The notes: generated by a model not told the origin, from the letters alone. A stretch of 24,000 nt of DNA from Actinomycetota bacterium (GCA_040756995.1 JBFLYK010000030.1:19481-43480), one strand, 5' to 3'; positions 12,898 to 21,614 are shown, counted from the stretch's first letter. Numbers and translations are program-made.

Positions 12898-14442
12898 ATG
12901 ATGGCGCGGTCGCTCGCCGCCCGCCACGACAAGGTCAAGGCCTTTTCCTGGGATCCGACCTACGTCGTTCGCAAACCGCGCTACCCGACGCGCTACACCA
13001 TCCCTCCCCGGACCCGGGATCCGTTCCGGCACCTCCTGCGCGAGTACCTGGCCATGGAGGAGGAGAAGGACAACCGGCAGTACGGCGCCCTCGAGGACGT
13101 CATCACCCGGAGCCGCAGTCCGGAGCAGACCCAGCCGCGGTGGATGGAGGTCCTTAAGCCGCTGCTCGGGATCGTGACCTTCGGCGAGTACGCCGCCATG
13201 AAGTGCATGACGATCATCACCGATGCGGTCGATAACCCGGAGCTCCGCCAGGGATACCTGGCCCAGATGCTCGACGAGGTCCGCCACGTCAACCAGGAAT
13301 CCTACCTCCTCCGCTACCTCGCCAAGCACGCCCCCGACCCGGCCGGCTTCAACTCGGCGCTCCAGGCGCGGGCCTACGACCCGATCTGCCGGGCCGGGAG
13401 AGCGGCCTTCGAGACGTTCCTCAACGACGACCCGATCGCCTGCGCCCTCAACCTCCAGGTGGTGGCGGAGGCGGCCTATACCAACTCGATCTTCGTGGCC
13501 GTCACCGAGATCGCGGCCGCCAACGGCGACCCGGCCACGCCATCGGTCTTCCTCAGCGTGCAGTCCGACGAGGCCCGGCACATGTCGAACGGCTACGCCA
13601 CCTTGGCCGCGGTGCTCTCCGAACCCGACAACATCCCCCTTCTCCAGGAGGACTTCGACGCCGCCTTCTGGCGCCAGCACGTCTTCCTCGACAACTTCCT
13701 CGGCGCGGTCTACGACTACTTCCCCAAGGTCCGGCTCCGGCCCTACCGGGAGTACTGGGAGCAGTGGGTGTGGAACGACTGGATCGGGAGCTACGTCGAG
13801 CGGTTGAGCCCCTTCGGGCTGCAGGTGCCGCGCTGGGCGGAGCAAGCCCGCCGGAACGTCATGTGGGGCGGGCACACGCTGGCCATGCTGTCCCACGCGC
13901 TGTGGCCGATCCACCACTGGCGCAGCGACCCGATGCTCGACGAGGACTTCGAGTACCTCGAAGACCACTATCCCGGGTGGGAAGCCCTCTACGGCGGCTT
14001 CTGGCGGACGTACCGGGAGATGACCGATCCCCGCGACCGGGCGCTCCCCTACCAATTGCTCGACGAGTTGCCGTCGTTCTGCCGGGTGTGCCAGATGCCG
14101 GCGATCCTGCCCCGGCCCGACTGGGCCGACACCCGCATCTACCGCGACCTCGACAGGGTCAAGCACGTCTTCTGTTCGGAAGCCTGTGAACTCATCTTCC
14201 GGCGGGCCCCCCACCGGTACCGGGGGAGGACCTGGTGGGAGATCTACGACGGCATGGACCTCGCCGAGTACATCGAACGGGCCGGTCTGGTCCGGGCCGA
14301 CGGGAGGACCCTGGTGGCTCAGCCGCACCTCGACACCGACGAGTCCCGGCTGTGGACGCTCGACGACATCCGCGCCGTCGGGAAGGAGATCCGGGATCCG
14401 TTGCGAGACGTGCGACTCGACGACCTCCCGGTGATCGCGTGA
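12898..14442 (+). CDS. Soluble di-iron monooxygenase hydroxylase alpha (large) subunit
   Basis: 514 aa with both carboxylate-bridged di-iron motifs: GEYAA...DEVRH and AEAAYTN...SDEARH. Other typical SDIMO alpha blocks are present (MEEEKDNRQYGA, AAANGD, YPGW, GRTLVAQPHLD...LWTLDDIR). A C-terminal CRVC...CSEAC segment follows. It starts 7 nt after the regulator stop with the SD AGGAGGG; either ATG 12898 or ATG 12901 could be the start. Confidence 0.93.
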   Translation: MMARSLAARHDKVKAFSWDPTYVVRKPRYPTRYTIPPRTRDPFRHLLREYLAMEEEKDNRQYGALEDVITRSRSPEQTQPRWMEVLKPLLGIVTFGEYAAMKCMTIITDAVDNPELRQGYLAQMLDEVRHVNQESYLLRYLAKHAPDPAGFNSALQARAYDPICRAGRAAFETFLNDDPIACALNLQVVAEAAYTNSIFVAVTEIAAANGDPATPSVFLSVQSDEARHMSNGYATLAAVLSEPDNIPLLQEDFDAAFWRQHVFLDNFLGAVYDYFPKVRLRPYREYWEQWVWNDWIGSYVERLSPFGLQVPRWAEQARRNVMWGGHTLAMLSHALWPIHHWRSDPMLDEDFEYLEDHYPGWEALYGGFWRTYREMTDPRDRALPYQLLDELPSFCRVCQMPAILPRPDWADTRIYRDLDRVKHVFCSEACELIFRRAPHRYRGRTWWEIYDGMDLAEYIERAGLVRADGRTLVAQPHLDTDESRLWTLDDIRAVGKEIRDPLRDVRLDDLPVIA

Positions 14443-14534
14443 GCGTGCCGGGCGGGGCACCCCGAGAGACGCCAACCCCGAGCCGGATCGGTGCCTCCCG
14501 CCTGGTGTCGTCGCTCGCGACCACGAGGGAGACC

Positions 14535-15638
14535 ATGGTTGAGCGGCTCCTCGGCCGGCGACGGGCCGAGGCGCCCGACCCGATCGATCCGCCGGCAGAC
14601 TTCTATTCGCCCCGTGAACTCACCTACGTGACGCCCGTCGGCCGGCGGCTGTCGGACTACGAGGCCTCGATCTGTCAGAACCAGCCGGATTTCGGCCAGT
14701 ACGACTCGGGCGGCTGGTACCTCCTCTCCCCGGAAGGGAGGGCCCTCTTCGACGAGGGGACCACCGCCCTGCGCCACCCCAACTGGTTCGACTACCGTGA
14801 CCCCTCTACCCTGTGGCAGCGCACCTATGTCCGCCAGCAGGCCGAGCAGGAGCGGGCCATCGCCGCCGCCCTGGAGACGGCCCGGATGGACGACGCCTTC
14901 GCCGACGTGGACAGTGCCTGGGCCTGCGACATCCTGGCCCGCTACTACGAAGCCTGGGGTTGCGCCGAGTGGGGGCTGTTCCTGGCCTACACCTACCCGG
15001 TACGCGAGGCGCTGTCCGACACCCTCACCATGGCCTTCGTGTTCGCCGCCGTTGACCATCTGCGCCATCAGCAGGCCATCGGGCTCTACTCGCTCGACCT
15101 GGAGGACGAGGTGCTGGGCTACCGGTCCGGCCTGGGGCCCGATACCTGGATCAGCGACGCGGCCCTCCAGCCGAGCCGGCGGGTCGTCGAGGGCCTCATG
15201 GCCACCGACGACTGGGGGGAGATGGTGATCGTGACCGCCCTGCTGTTCGAGCCGCTCCTCTCGGCCTTCGTCACCAGCCAGTTCCTCCGCCGGCATGCGG
15301 CCCTCAACGGTGACATCCTCACCCCCGCGATCATCCTGACGGCCGAGCGGGACCGGGCCCGGAACCGGGCGGCCACTGTCGCCCTCGTGGAATTGCTCCT
15401 TGGCCCGAGCGACCGGAAGGGCCGTCCCGTTCCGGCCGGCCACAACCGCGACGTCCTCCAGGACTGGATCGACCATTGGGCCCCCCTCGTCCTCGAGGCC
15501 GTCGACGCCTTCGTCCCCGTCTTCGATCTCCCGCCGGCGCGGGGTCCATCGGCCGCCGCCGCCCGAGAGCGCGTCGTGGCCGGCTGCCACGACCTCCTGT
15601 GCGACGCCGGTCTCGAACTGCCGGGGGCCGCCTCATGA
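14535..15638 (+). CDS. Soluble di-iron monooxygenase hydroxylase beta (small) subunit
   Basis: The track ORF 14235-15638 is trimmed to ATG 14535, preceded by GAGGGAG. The product is 367 aa, a size typical for a beta subunit, with the characteristic NWFDYRDPSTLWQRTYVRQQAEQE block. It lacks the alpha-type ExxH di-iron motifs, as expected. An alternative start is GTG 14439, which overlaps the alpha stop (GTGA). Confidence 0.8.
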   Translation: MVERLLGRRRAEAPDPIDPPADFYSPRELTYVTPVGRRLSDYEASICQNQPDFGQYDSGGWYLLSPEGRALFDEGTTALRHPNWFDYRDPSTLWQRTYVRQQAEQERAIAAALETARMDDAFADVDSAWACDILARYYEAWGCAEWGLFLAYTYPVREALSDTLTMAFVFAAVDHLRHQQAIGLYSLDLEDEVLGYRSGLGPDTWISDAALQPSRRVVEGLMATDDWGEMVIVTALLFEPLLSAFVTSQFLRRHAALNGDILTPAIILTAERDRARNRAATVALVELLLGPSDRKGRPVPAGHNRDVLQDWIDHWAPLVLEAVDAFVPVFDLPPARGPSAAAARERVVAGCHDLLCDAGLELPGAAS

Positions 15639-15967
15639 CCAGCGACGGAGGGCGATGGGGCGACGCCGGTCGCCAGACGGTCGGTGTGTGCCTGATGAAG
15701 ACGGAAGAAGGCGAGGCGACGGTCGCCTACCTTTCGGAACGGGCTCCACAGCTGCGGATCCAGGACCGGGGGGCCTTCTACCTGGTGGAGGGAGAAGGCG
15801 AGATCCGTATCGGCATGCCGGAGGTCAGCGAGTACCTCGGCCGCGACTTGCCGGTGCACACGTTCCTGGTCACGATGAGCAGCTACTACGGCCGCGTCCA
15901 CCTCGATGAGGATGCCTTCGTCGTCTCGGCGGCCATGGATCAGCTCGAGAATCGTGACGCCTCCTGA
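15635..15967 (+). CDS. Monooxygenase coupling/effector protein (MmoB/DmpM family)
   Basis: The track ORF 15476-15967 is trimmed to ATG 15635, which overlaps the beta stop (ATGA). The 110-aa product aligns by eye with DmpM/MmoB-type regulators over VGVCLMKTEEGEATVAYL...IRI...VSEYLGRDL...FLV...GRV...DAFVV. Confidence 0.78.
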   Translation: MTSDGGRWGDAGRQTVGVCLMKTEEGEATVAYLSERAPQLRIQDRGAFYLVEGEGEIRIGMPEVSEYLGRDLPVHTFLVTMSSYYGRVHLDEDAFVVSAAMDQLENRDAS

Positions 15968-15979
15968 GAAGGCCGGAAC

Positions 15980-17035
15980 ATGCCCCGAAGACTGAACCGG
16001 GAGGAGCCCGAACCGGCCGGCCTCGACACGGCGCACCGGATCACGATGCTGCCCCAACGCGAGGAGTTCCCGGCCCACCCCGACGAAGACCTGCTCACCG
16101 CCGCGCTGCGTAGCGGTCGCCAGGTGATGTACGGCTGCCGGCACGGCAACTGCGGGACGTGCCTCCATCGGCTCGTCGACGGCGAGGTCGTCGAGGCCGT
16201 CACATCCCCCTACGTGCTCTCCGCGGACGCCCGGGACCAGGGAGCGATCCTGCTCTGTTCCACCTACGCCCGCAGCGACGTGACGATCGAGAGTTCCGAG
16301 GCGGACGTCCTCGCCGAGGACATCGAGGTCATCCCGCCGGAGCAACGGATGGCAGAGGTGCGGTCCACCTCCGGCGTCACACCGTCGGTCGTGGAACTCC
16401 GGGTCGCGCTCGACAGGCCGCTGTCGTTCCGGGCCGGCCAGTACGTCGAGGTCTGGGTGCCCGGCAGTGACTGCCGCCGCTCGTTGTCCATCGCCAGTGC
16501 CCCGGCGGAAGCCGACGAGCTGAGCTTCGTCGTGCGGATGCGACCGGGAGGCCGCTTCGCCTCGGCGCTCGCCGGAATCCGGCCCGGCGACACCCTGCGG
16601 CTCCAGGGGCCGTTCGGCCATTTCCACTTCCGCGATTCGGGCCGGCCGGCGGTGATGGCGGCGCTCGGAACCGGGATCGCCCCGATCCTGTCGATCATCC
16701 TCGACGTCGTGAAGGCGGCGGGCCCTCCGCTCGCGCTGTACTACGGCGGAGCCGCCGACGAGCGGCCCTACGTGGAAGAACTCGAACGTCTGGCGGCGGC
16801 CACCCCCCACTTCTCCCTCCACTTTGCACCGCCGCCCCGCAACGGTTCGAACGAGATCGGAATGCTGACCCAGCTCCTCGCCGGCCGGCTCCGGGACGGG
16901 TCATCGCACGATGCCTACGTCGCCGGGCTGCCGCCGATGTGTGACGCCCTCTGCGCTTTGCTGGCGGCCAAGGGCACGCCGGAACGCCACGTCCACGTCG
17001 AGCGCTTCTATCCCGCCGAACCGACCCGGCGATGA
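15980..17035 (+). CDS. NADH:ferredoxin oxidoreductase component (plant-type 2Fe-2S ferredoxin + FNR-like FAD/NAD domains)
   Basis: 351 aa. The N-terminal 2Fe-2S motif is CRHGNCGTCLHRL...LLC. The FAD-binding motif is RRSLSIAS and the NAD-binding motif is GTGIAPILSI. This is the typical MmoC/DmpP/TmoF-type reductase layout. GAGAAGG lies about 7 nt upstream of ATG 15980. Confidence 0.9.
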   Translation: MPRRLNREEPEPAGLDTAHRITMLPQREEFPAHPDEDLLTAALRSGRQVMYGCRHGNCGTCLHRLVDGEVVEAVTSPYVLSADARDQGAILLCSTYARSDVTIESSEADVLAEDIEVIPPEQRMAEVRSTSGVTPSVVELRVALDRPLSFRAGQYVEVWVPGSDCRRSLSIASAPAEADELSFVVRMRPGGRFASALAGIRPGDTLRLQGPFGHFHFRDSGRPAVMAALGTGIAPILSIILDVVKAAGPPLALYYGGAADERPYVEELERLAAATPHFSLHFAPPPRNGSNEIGMLTQLLAGRLRDGSSHDAYVAGLPPMCDALCALLAAKGTPERHVHVERFYPAEPTRR

Positions 17036-17036
17036 G

Positions 17037-17069
17037 ACGGGTCCCGGTCGCCGAGCGACCGGGACCCGT
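17037..17069. terminator. Bidirectional terminator hairpin between the convergent reductase and coxM-like genes
   Basis: Perfect 15-bp stem ACGGGTCCCGGTCGC (17037-17051) pairing with GCGACCGGGACCCGT (17055-17069), with a 3-nt loop (effectively a slightly larger loop). It is followed by TTCTCGG on the plus strand. It lies in the 64-nt gap between the stops at 17035 (+) and 17100 (-). Confidence 0.65.
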
Positions 17070-17099
17070 TCTCGGTGCGTCCGACGGTTTCCGGGATGG

Positions 17100-17924
17100 T
17101 CAGGCCACCCCCGCCTCCTGGAGGGCCCGGCGGACGAGCACCCTGGCCAGGTGACGGCGGTAGGCCGCGTCGGCATTCAGGTCGGTGACCGGGTCGGTAC
17201 CCTCGCCCGCCTGCTCCGCCGCCTCGGCCGCCGAGGCGCCCTGACGGAGAGCCTGCTCCACCAGCCGGGCCCGCAACGGCGTCGGACCCATGTTGACGAG
17301 CGCCACGCCAGTGGTCCCGTTGTGGACGGCGGCCACCCCGACGATGGCCCAGTCGAGCGCCCGACGGTTGAACTTCTGATACGACCAGCCGGCGCCCGCC
17401 ATCTTCGGTACCCGCACCTCGACGAGCATCTCGTCGGGCGCGAGCGCCGTCTCGAGGAATCCCGAGAAGAAGTCCACGGCCGGGATGTCCCTGGCGCCGC
17501 CCGGACCCTTGGCCACCAACGTGGCGCCGAGGGCCACCATCACAGCCGGAAGGTCGGCGGCCGGGTCGCCGTGGGCCAGCGATCCTCCCAGCGTGCCGCG
17601 ATGGCGGACCTGGGGGTCGCCGACCAGACCGGCGACGTGGGCCAGAAGCGGGACCTCGGCCCGGAGGAGCTCGCTCGTCTCGAGATCATGGTGCCGGGTG
17701 AGCGCCCCGATGGCCACCTGGTCGCCGTCCTCCCAGATGTAGGACTGTTCCCGCACCCCGGCGACGTCGATCAACACCGTCGGTGACGCCAGCCGGAACT
17801 TCATGAGCGGGATCAGCGAGTGGCCGCCGGCCAGGAGCTTGGCGTCATCGCCGTGCTCCGAGAGCAGGGCGATCGCCTCCTCCGTCGAGGAGGCGCGAAC
17901 GTAGTCGAACGGTGCCGGGATCAT
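17100..17924 (-). CDS. coxM: Molybdenum hydroxylase FAD-binding medium subunit (CoxM/XdhB-like)
   Basis: The track ORF is trimmed to ATG 17924, which overlaps the coxL stop (ATGA). The N-terminus [21 protein letters not shown]...KLLAGGHSLIPLMKFR is the classic FAD_binding_5 pattern. The product is 274 aa. Confidence 0.88.
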   Translation of the reverse strand: MIPAPFDYVRASSTEEAIALLSEHGDDAKLLAGGHSLIPLMKFRLASPTVLIDVAGVREQSYIWEDGDQVAIGALTRHHDLETSELLRAEVPLLAHVAGLVGDPQVRHRGTLGGSLAHGDPAADLPAVMVALGATLVAKGPGGARDIPAVDFFSGFLETALAPDEMLVEVRVPKMAGAGWSYQKFNRRALDWAIVGVAAVHNGTTGVALVNMGPTPLRARLVEQALRQGASAAEAAEQAGEGTDPVTDLNADAAYRRHLARVLVRRALQEAGVA

Positions 17925-20281
17925 GCCGTGCGCTCCTTTGCGGCCTGGATCGCCTGCCACACCCGGTGCGGGGAGGCAGGCATTCGGACGTCGGTCACGC
18001 CGAACGGGGTCAGCGCGTCGACGATGGCGTTCACGACCGCCTGGGCAGCGGCGATCGTGCCGGCCTCCCCGACGCCCTTCGACCCGAGCGGATTCGAGGT
18101 CGTGGGGGTGACGGTGGAATCCGTCGTCAGGCCCGGGACCTCGGCGGCGGACGGGACGAGGTAGTCGGCCAACGTCGACGTCAGGAGGTTCCCGTCCTCG
18201 TCGTAGACCGCTTCCTCGAACAGCGCCTGGCCCACGCCCTGGACCACTCCGCCGTGGACCTGCCCTTCCACGATCATCGGGTTCACCTGGTTGCCACAGT
18301 CGTCGACAGCCACGTACTTGACGAGGTCGACCTTGCCGGTCTCCTCGTCGACCTCGACGACACAGGCGTGGGTCCCGAACGGGAACGTGAAGTTCGCCGG
18401 GTCGAACGACACCTGGGCCCGGAGGTTCGGCTCCATCCCGTCAGGGAGGTTGTGGGCGGTGAAGGCACCGAAGGCCACCGCCTGGATGGGCAGGGTCCGA
18501 TCGGGTGATCCCTTGACGGAGAAGCTGCCGTTCGTGAACTCGAGGTCGTCTTCTCCCACCTCCATCTGATGAGCGGCGATGGCCAGGGCCTTGGCCAGCA
18601 CCTTGTCGGTGGCCATCGCCACTGCTGCTCCCCCGACCGCCAGCGACCGGCTCCCGTACGTGTCGAGACCCATCGGGGAAACGGCGGTGTCGGAGTGGAG
18701 GACGTCGACGTCGTCGACCGCGATACCGAACCGGTCGGAGACGATCTGGGCCCAGGAGGTTTCGTGGCCCTGCCCGTGGGGGGAGGTGCCCGTGACCACT
18801 TCGGCCTTCCCGGTCGGCAGCAGGGCCACGGTGGCCGACTCCCAGCCGCCGGCGCCATAGCGGAGAGCGGCGAGGACCCGGCTGGGGCCGATCCCGCAGA
18901 TCTCGACGTAGGTCGACAGGCCGACCCCCAGGTGCTTCGTCGACCCGGTCTGCTTCCGGGTCGCCTGCTCCTTGCGGAGCACCTCGTAGTCGACGAGCTC
19001 CAGGGCCCGGTCCAGGGTGAGGGCGTAGTTGCCGCTGTCGTAGACGAGCCCGGCGCAGGTCTCATAGGGGAACCGGTCGGGCCCGATGTAGTTCCGCCGG
19101 CGGATGTCGGCCGGGTCGAGGCCCATCACGCGGGCCAGGGTGTCCATCGCCCGCTCGATGGCGTAGCTCGCTTCGGGGCGGCCGGCGCCGCGGTAGGCGT
19201 CGGTCGGCGTCTTCGTCGTGAAGACGGACGTGCAGGAGAACGAGTAGGCCCCGATGTCGTAGACACCGTGGTAGAGGAAGCCGCCGAGGAGCGGAACGCC
19301 CGGCGTGACCAGCTGGAGGTAGGCGCCCATGTCGGCCAGGAGCCGCACGCGGGCGGCCTGGACCTTCCCCGACTCGTCGGCGGCCAGCTCGATCTCCTGG
19401 ATCTGGCCGCGGCCGTGGGTGGTGGCCTGGGCGTTCTCGCTGCGCTCCTCGGTCCAGCGCACCGGCCGCCGGAGGCGCCGGGCGAGAGCGAGGCACAGCG
19501 CCTCTTCGGCGTAGACGTTGAGCTTCGAACCGAACCCGCCGCCCACGGAGGGAACGATGACGCGGATCTTCGTCTCTGCGACCCCCACGGTGAGGCCGAG
19601 CATCACCTTGAGGATGTGGGGCACCTGCGTCGAGGAGTAGACGGTGTAGTCGCCGCCGTAGGGGGCGGGGACCACGCAGACGCCGCGGGGCTCCATGGCC
19701 GAAGGAACGAGCCGCTGCTGGACGTACCGCTCCTTCACCACATGGGCGGCACCGGCGAACGCCTCGTCAACCTTGGCCTCGTCCGGCTTCAGGTCCCAGG
19801 TGTAGGCCCGGTTGGTGCCGAGGTCGTCATGGAGGACGACCCGGTCGGAGAGCGCGTCCTCGAGGTCGATGACGGCCGGCAGGACCTCGTAGTCGACTTC
19901 GATGGCCGCCAGGGCATCCTTCGCCGCCACCTTCGAGTCGGCGACGACCACCGCCACCGCCTCGCCGACGTAGCAGGCCTTCTCCACGGCAACGGGGAAG
20001 TGCGCCGGGTTCTTCATGTCCTCGGTGACGGCCCAGGCGCACGGCAGCGGGCCTGCCCACTCGTCCCGCAGGTCGGCGCCGGTCAGGACGCCCACGACCC
20101 CGGGACGACTCTGCGCCTCCGAGGTGTCGATGGAGCGGATGCGGGCGTGGGCATGGGGGCTGCGCAGCAGGGCGACATGGAGGGCCCCGGGTACGGCGAG
20201 GTCGTCAACGTACTTCGCCTCCCCGGTGAGGAGGGGTGCATCCTCGCGGCGGGGGATCCGCTCCCCCATCACCGGGCTCAC
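17921..20281 (-). CDS. coxL: Molybdopterin-binding large subunit of a xanthine-dehydrogenase-family enzyme (form II CoxL-like)
   Basis: The 1149-aa track ORF is trimmed to GTG 20281, which overlaps the coxS stop (GTGA); ATG 20269 is an alternative. The N-terminus is [28 protein letters not shown] motif is present (SVGGGFGSK). The active-site loop is AYRGAGR (19178-19198), the form II signature, not the form I AYxCSFR. Confidence 0.9.
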   Translation of the reverse strand: MSPVMGERIPRREDAPLLTGEAKYVDDLAVPGALHVALLRSPHAHARIRSIDTSEAQSRPGVVGVLTGADLRDEWAGPLPCAWAVTEDMKNPAHFPVAVEKACYVGEAVAVVVADSKVAAKDALAAIEVDYEVLPAVIDLEDALSDRVVLHDDLGTNRAYTWDLKPDEAKVDEAFAGAAHVVKERYVQQRLVPSAMEPRGVCVVPAPYGGDYTVYSSTQVPHILKVMLGLTVGVAETKIRVIVPSVGGGFGSKLNVYAEEALCLALARRLRRPVRWTEERSENAQATTHGRGQIQEIELAADESGKVQAARVRLLADMGAYLQLVTPGVPLLGGFLYHGVYDIGAYSFSCTSVFTTKTPTDAYRGAGRPEASYAIERAMDTLARVMGLDPADIRRRNYIGPDRFPYETCAGLVYDSGNYALTLDRALELVDYEVLRKEQATRKQTGSTKHLGVGLSTYVEICGIGPSRVLAALRYGAGGWESATVALLPTGKAEVVTGTSPHGQGHETSWAQIVSDRFGIAVDDVDVLHSDTAVSPMGLDTYGSRSLAVGGAAVAMATDKVLAKALAIAAHQMEVGEDDLEFTNGSFSVKGSPDRTLPIQAVAFGAFTAHNLPDGMEPNLRAQVSFDPANFTFPFGTHACVVEVDEETGKVDLVKYVAVDDCGNQVNPMIVEGQVHGGVVQGVGQALFEEAVYDEDGNLLTSTLADYLVPSAAEVPGLTTDSTVTPTTSNPLGSKGVGEAGTIAAAQAVVNAIVDALTPFGVTDVRMPASPHRVWQAIQAAKERTA

Positions 20282-20745
20282 GGCCGGCTCCCGTTGCCGG
20301 CCGCGGCAAGAACGGCCTTGACGATGTTGTGGTAGCCGGTGCAGCGGCACAGGTTGCCCTCGAGCCCAGACCGGATCTCGGCCTCCGTGGGGTTGGGCAC
20401 CTCGGCGAGGAGCGAGACCGAGGCCATGACCATGCCCGCCGTGCAGTAGCCGCACTGGAGGCCGTGGTGCTCGTGGAAGGCCTGCTGTACCGGGTGGAAT
20501 TTCCCGTCGGTGGCAAGGCCCTCGATCGTGGTGAGGCTCGCGCCGTCGGCCTGGACGGCGAACATCGTGCAGGACTTCACCGACTCCCCGCCCACGAGCA
20601 CGGTGCACGCACCGCACGACGTCGTGTCGCAGCCGATCTTCGTTCCGGTGAGCCCCACGACGTCGCGCAGGTAGGCGACAAGCAGCGTTCTCGGTTCGAC
20701 GTCGTGTTCGTACGACGTCCCGTTGACGGTCATCGAGACCCGCAT
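20278..20745 (-). CDS. coxS: 2Fe-2S iron-sulfur small subunit of the molybdenum hydroxylase (CoxS-like)
   Basis: The track ORF is trimmed to ATG 20745, with the SD AGGAAGGG about 8 nt upstream. The product begins MRVSMTVNG...[12 protein letters not shown] (plant-type cluster) and continues with CGYCTAG...CRCTGY (second cluster). It is 155 aa. Confidence 0.9.
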   Translation of the reverse strand: MRVSMTVNGTSYEHDVEPRTLLVAYLRDVVGLTGTKIGCDTTSCGACTVLVGGESVKSCTMFAVQADGASLTTIEGLATDGKFHPVQQAFHEHHGLQCGYCTAGMVMASVSLLAEVPNPTEAEIRSGLEGNLCRCTGYHNIVKAVLAAAGNGSRP

Positions 20746-20889
20746 CGGTACCGCCCTTCCTGTCTGGTCGTTGTCCAGCGCATCGTGAAACGGTTCCGGA
20801 CGGAAGCCCACCCCCGTTTGGAGGTGTCCTCTTGCCCGGCGCCTTGCCAAGATCCCGGGCGAAAGGCATCGACCGGGAAGGACGGGGAC

Positions 20890-21063
20890 ATGGCACTGAC
20901 AGCCGACGAGGAGCAGGCCTTCGCGCAGCTGGCCGCGGCGCTGACCGCCGGTTCGACACAGACGCCACCGGAACGGCGCCGGCCGGCAGGTTGGCTCTTC
21001 GTGGTGATCGCTCTGATCTGCGTCCTGGCCGCGGCATGCCTGACGGCCTCGATCTGGCTGTGA
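20890..21063 (+). CDS. Small DUF3040-like membrane-anchored protein (57 aa)
   Basis: Only the last 57 codons of the 275-aa track ORF 20236-21063 look real. ATG 20890 follows GGGAAGGACGGGGA. The product [21 protein letters not shown]... carries one C-terminal TM helix ([23 protein letters not shown]). Its stop overlaps the GTG of the next gene (GTGA). Confidence 0.45.
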   Translation: MALTADEEQAFAQLAAALTAGSTQTPPERRRPAGWLFVVIALICVLAAACLTASIWL

Positions 21064-21614
21064 CCCCTCCGGAGGACTCCAATCCGCCCTCGGCTCCCGG
21101 TGGGAGAGGGCGCCGCAGCTTCCTCACCGGCCTTGGGGCGGCGGTAGCGGGAGGGTTCCTCGCCTCGATCGGCGATGCGATGGGAAGGACCTTCGGGCCG
21201 GACCGCCGGAGCTGGCCCGCCGCCGGGGCCAGTCCCGCCTCGGGATTCTCGCGTTCCGGCCTCGGCCGGGGTGTCGTCACCCGGGGCGCCTCCATCGGTG
21301 TGAGGGAGGCAACCGACGTGGTGGTCGACGCCGTGACGATCGAGCCCGGTGGCCAGACCGGCTGGCACACCCATCCTGGTCCAGAAGTCCTCGTCGTGAC
21401 CCGTGGCGTCCTGACCTTCCGCCGTTCCGACGGGAAGACCTGCCTGACGGAACAGGTCCGTGCCGGTCAGGCCTTCGTGGGAGCGGCGGCCGGTGAACTC
21501 CACGCCGCCCACAACGAGGGCGCCGAAGACACCGAGTTCGTCGTCACCTTCTTCGACGTCCCGCCGGGCGACCCGCCGAGGCAGGACGCCGACCCGCCGT
21601 CTGGCTGCCCGTGA
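21060..21614 (+). CDS. Tat-exported cupin-domain metalloprotein
   Basis: The track ORF 20832-21614 is trimmed to GTG 21060. The twin-arginine signal is [26 protein letters not shown]. Cupin motif 1 is [20 protein letters not shown] and motif 2 is GQAFVG...[10 protein letters not shown]. Confidence 0.75.
   Translation: MTPPEDSNPPSAPGGRGRRSFLTGLGAAVAGGFLASIGDAMGRTFGPDRRSWPAAGASPASGFSRSGLGRGVVTRGASIGVREATDVVVDAVTIEPGGQTGWHTHPGPEVLVVTRGVLTFRRSDGKTCLTEQVRAGQAFVGAAAGELHAAHNEGAEDTEFVVTFFDVPPGDPPRQDADPPSGCP

Noticed and set aside
12706-14475. 589-aa ORF on the minus strand
   Set aside because: It is antisense to the SDIMO alpha gene, which has unambiguous di-iron motifs. The product is a Pro/Gly/Arg/Val-rich low-complexity sequence typical of shadow ORFs in high-GC DNA.
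15119-16822. 567-aa ORF on the minus strand
   Set aside because: It is antisense to the beta, coupling and reductase genes. I saw no recognisable motifs, and the Arg/Gly/Ala-rich composition marks it as a shadow ORF.
18569-20335. 588-aa ORF on the plus strand
   Set aside because: It is antisense to the coxL-like gene, which has clear molybdopterin-subunit motifs. It is a shadow ORF.
20282-21370. N-terminal ~360 codons of the 1149-aa track ORF containing coxL
   Set aside because: This part reads through coxS and the divergent intergenic region. The extension is Arg/Pro-rich nonsense, and the CoxL N-terminal motif begins at 20269-20281.
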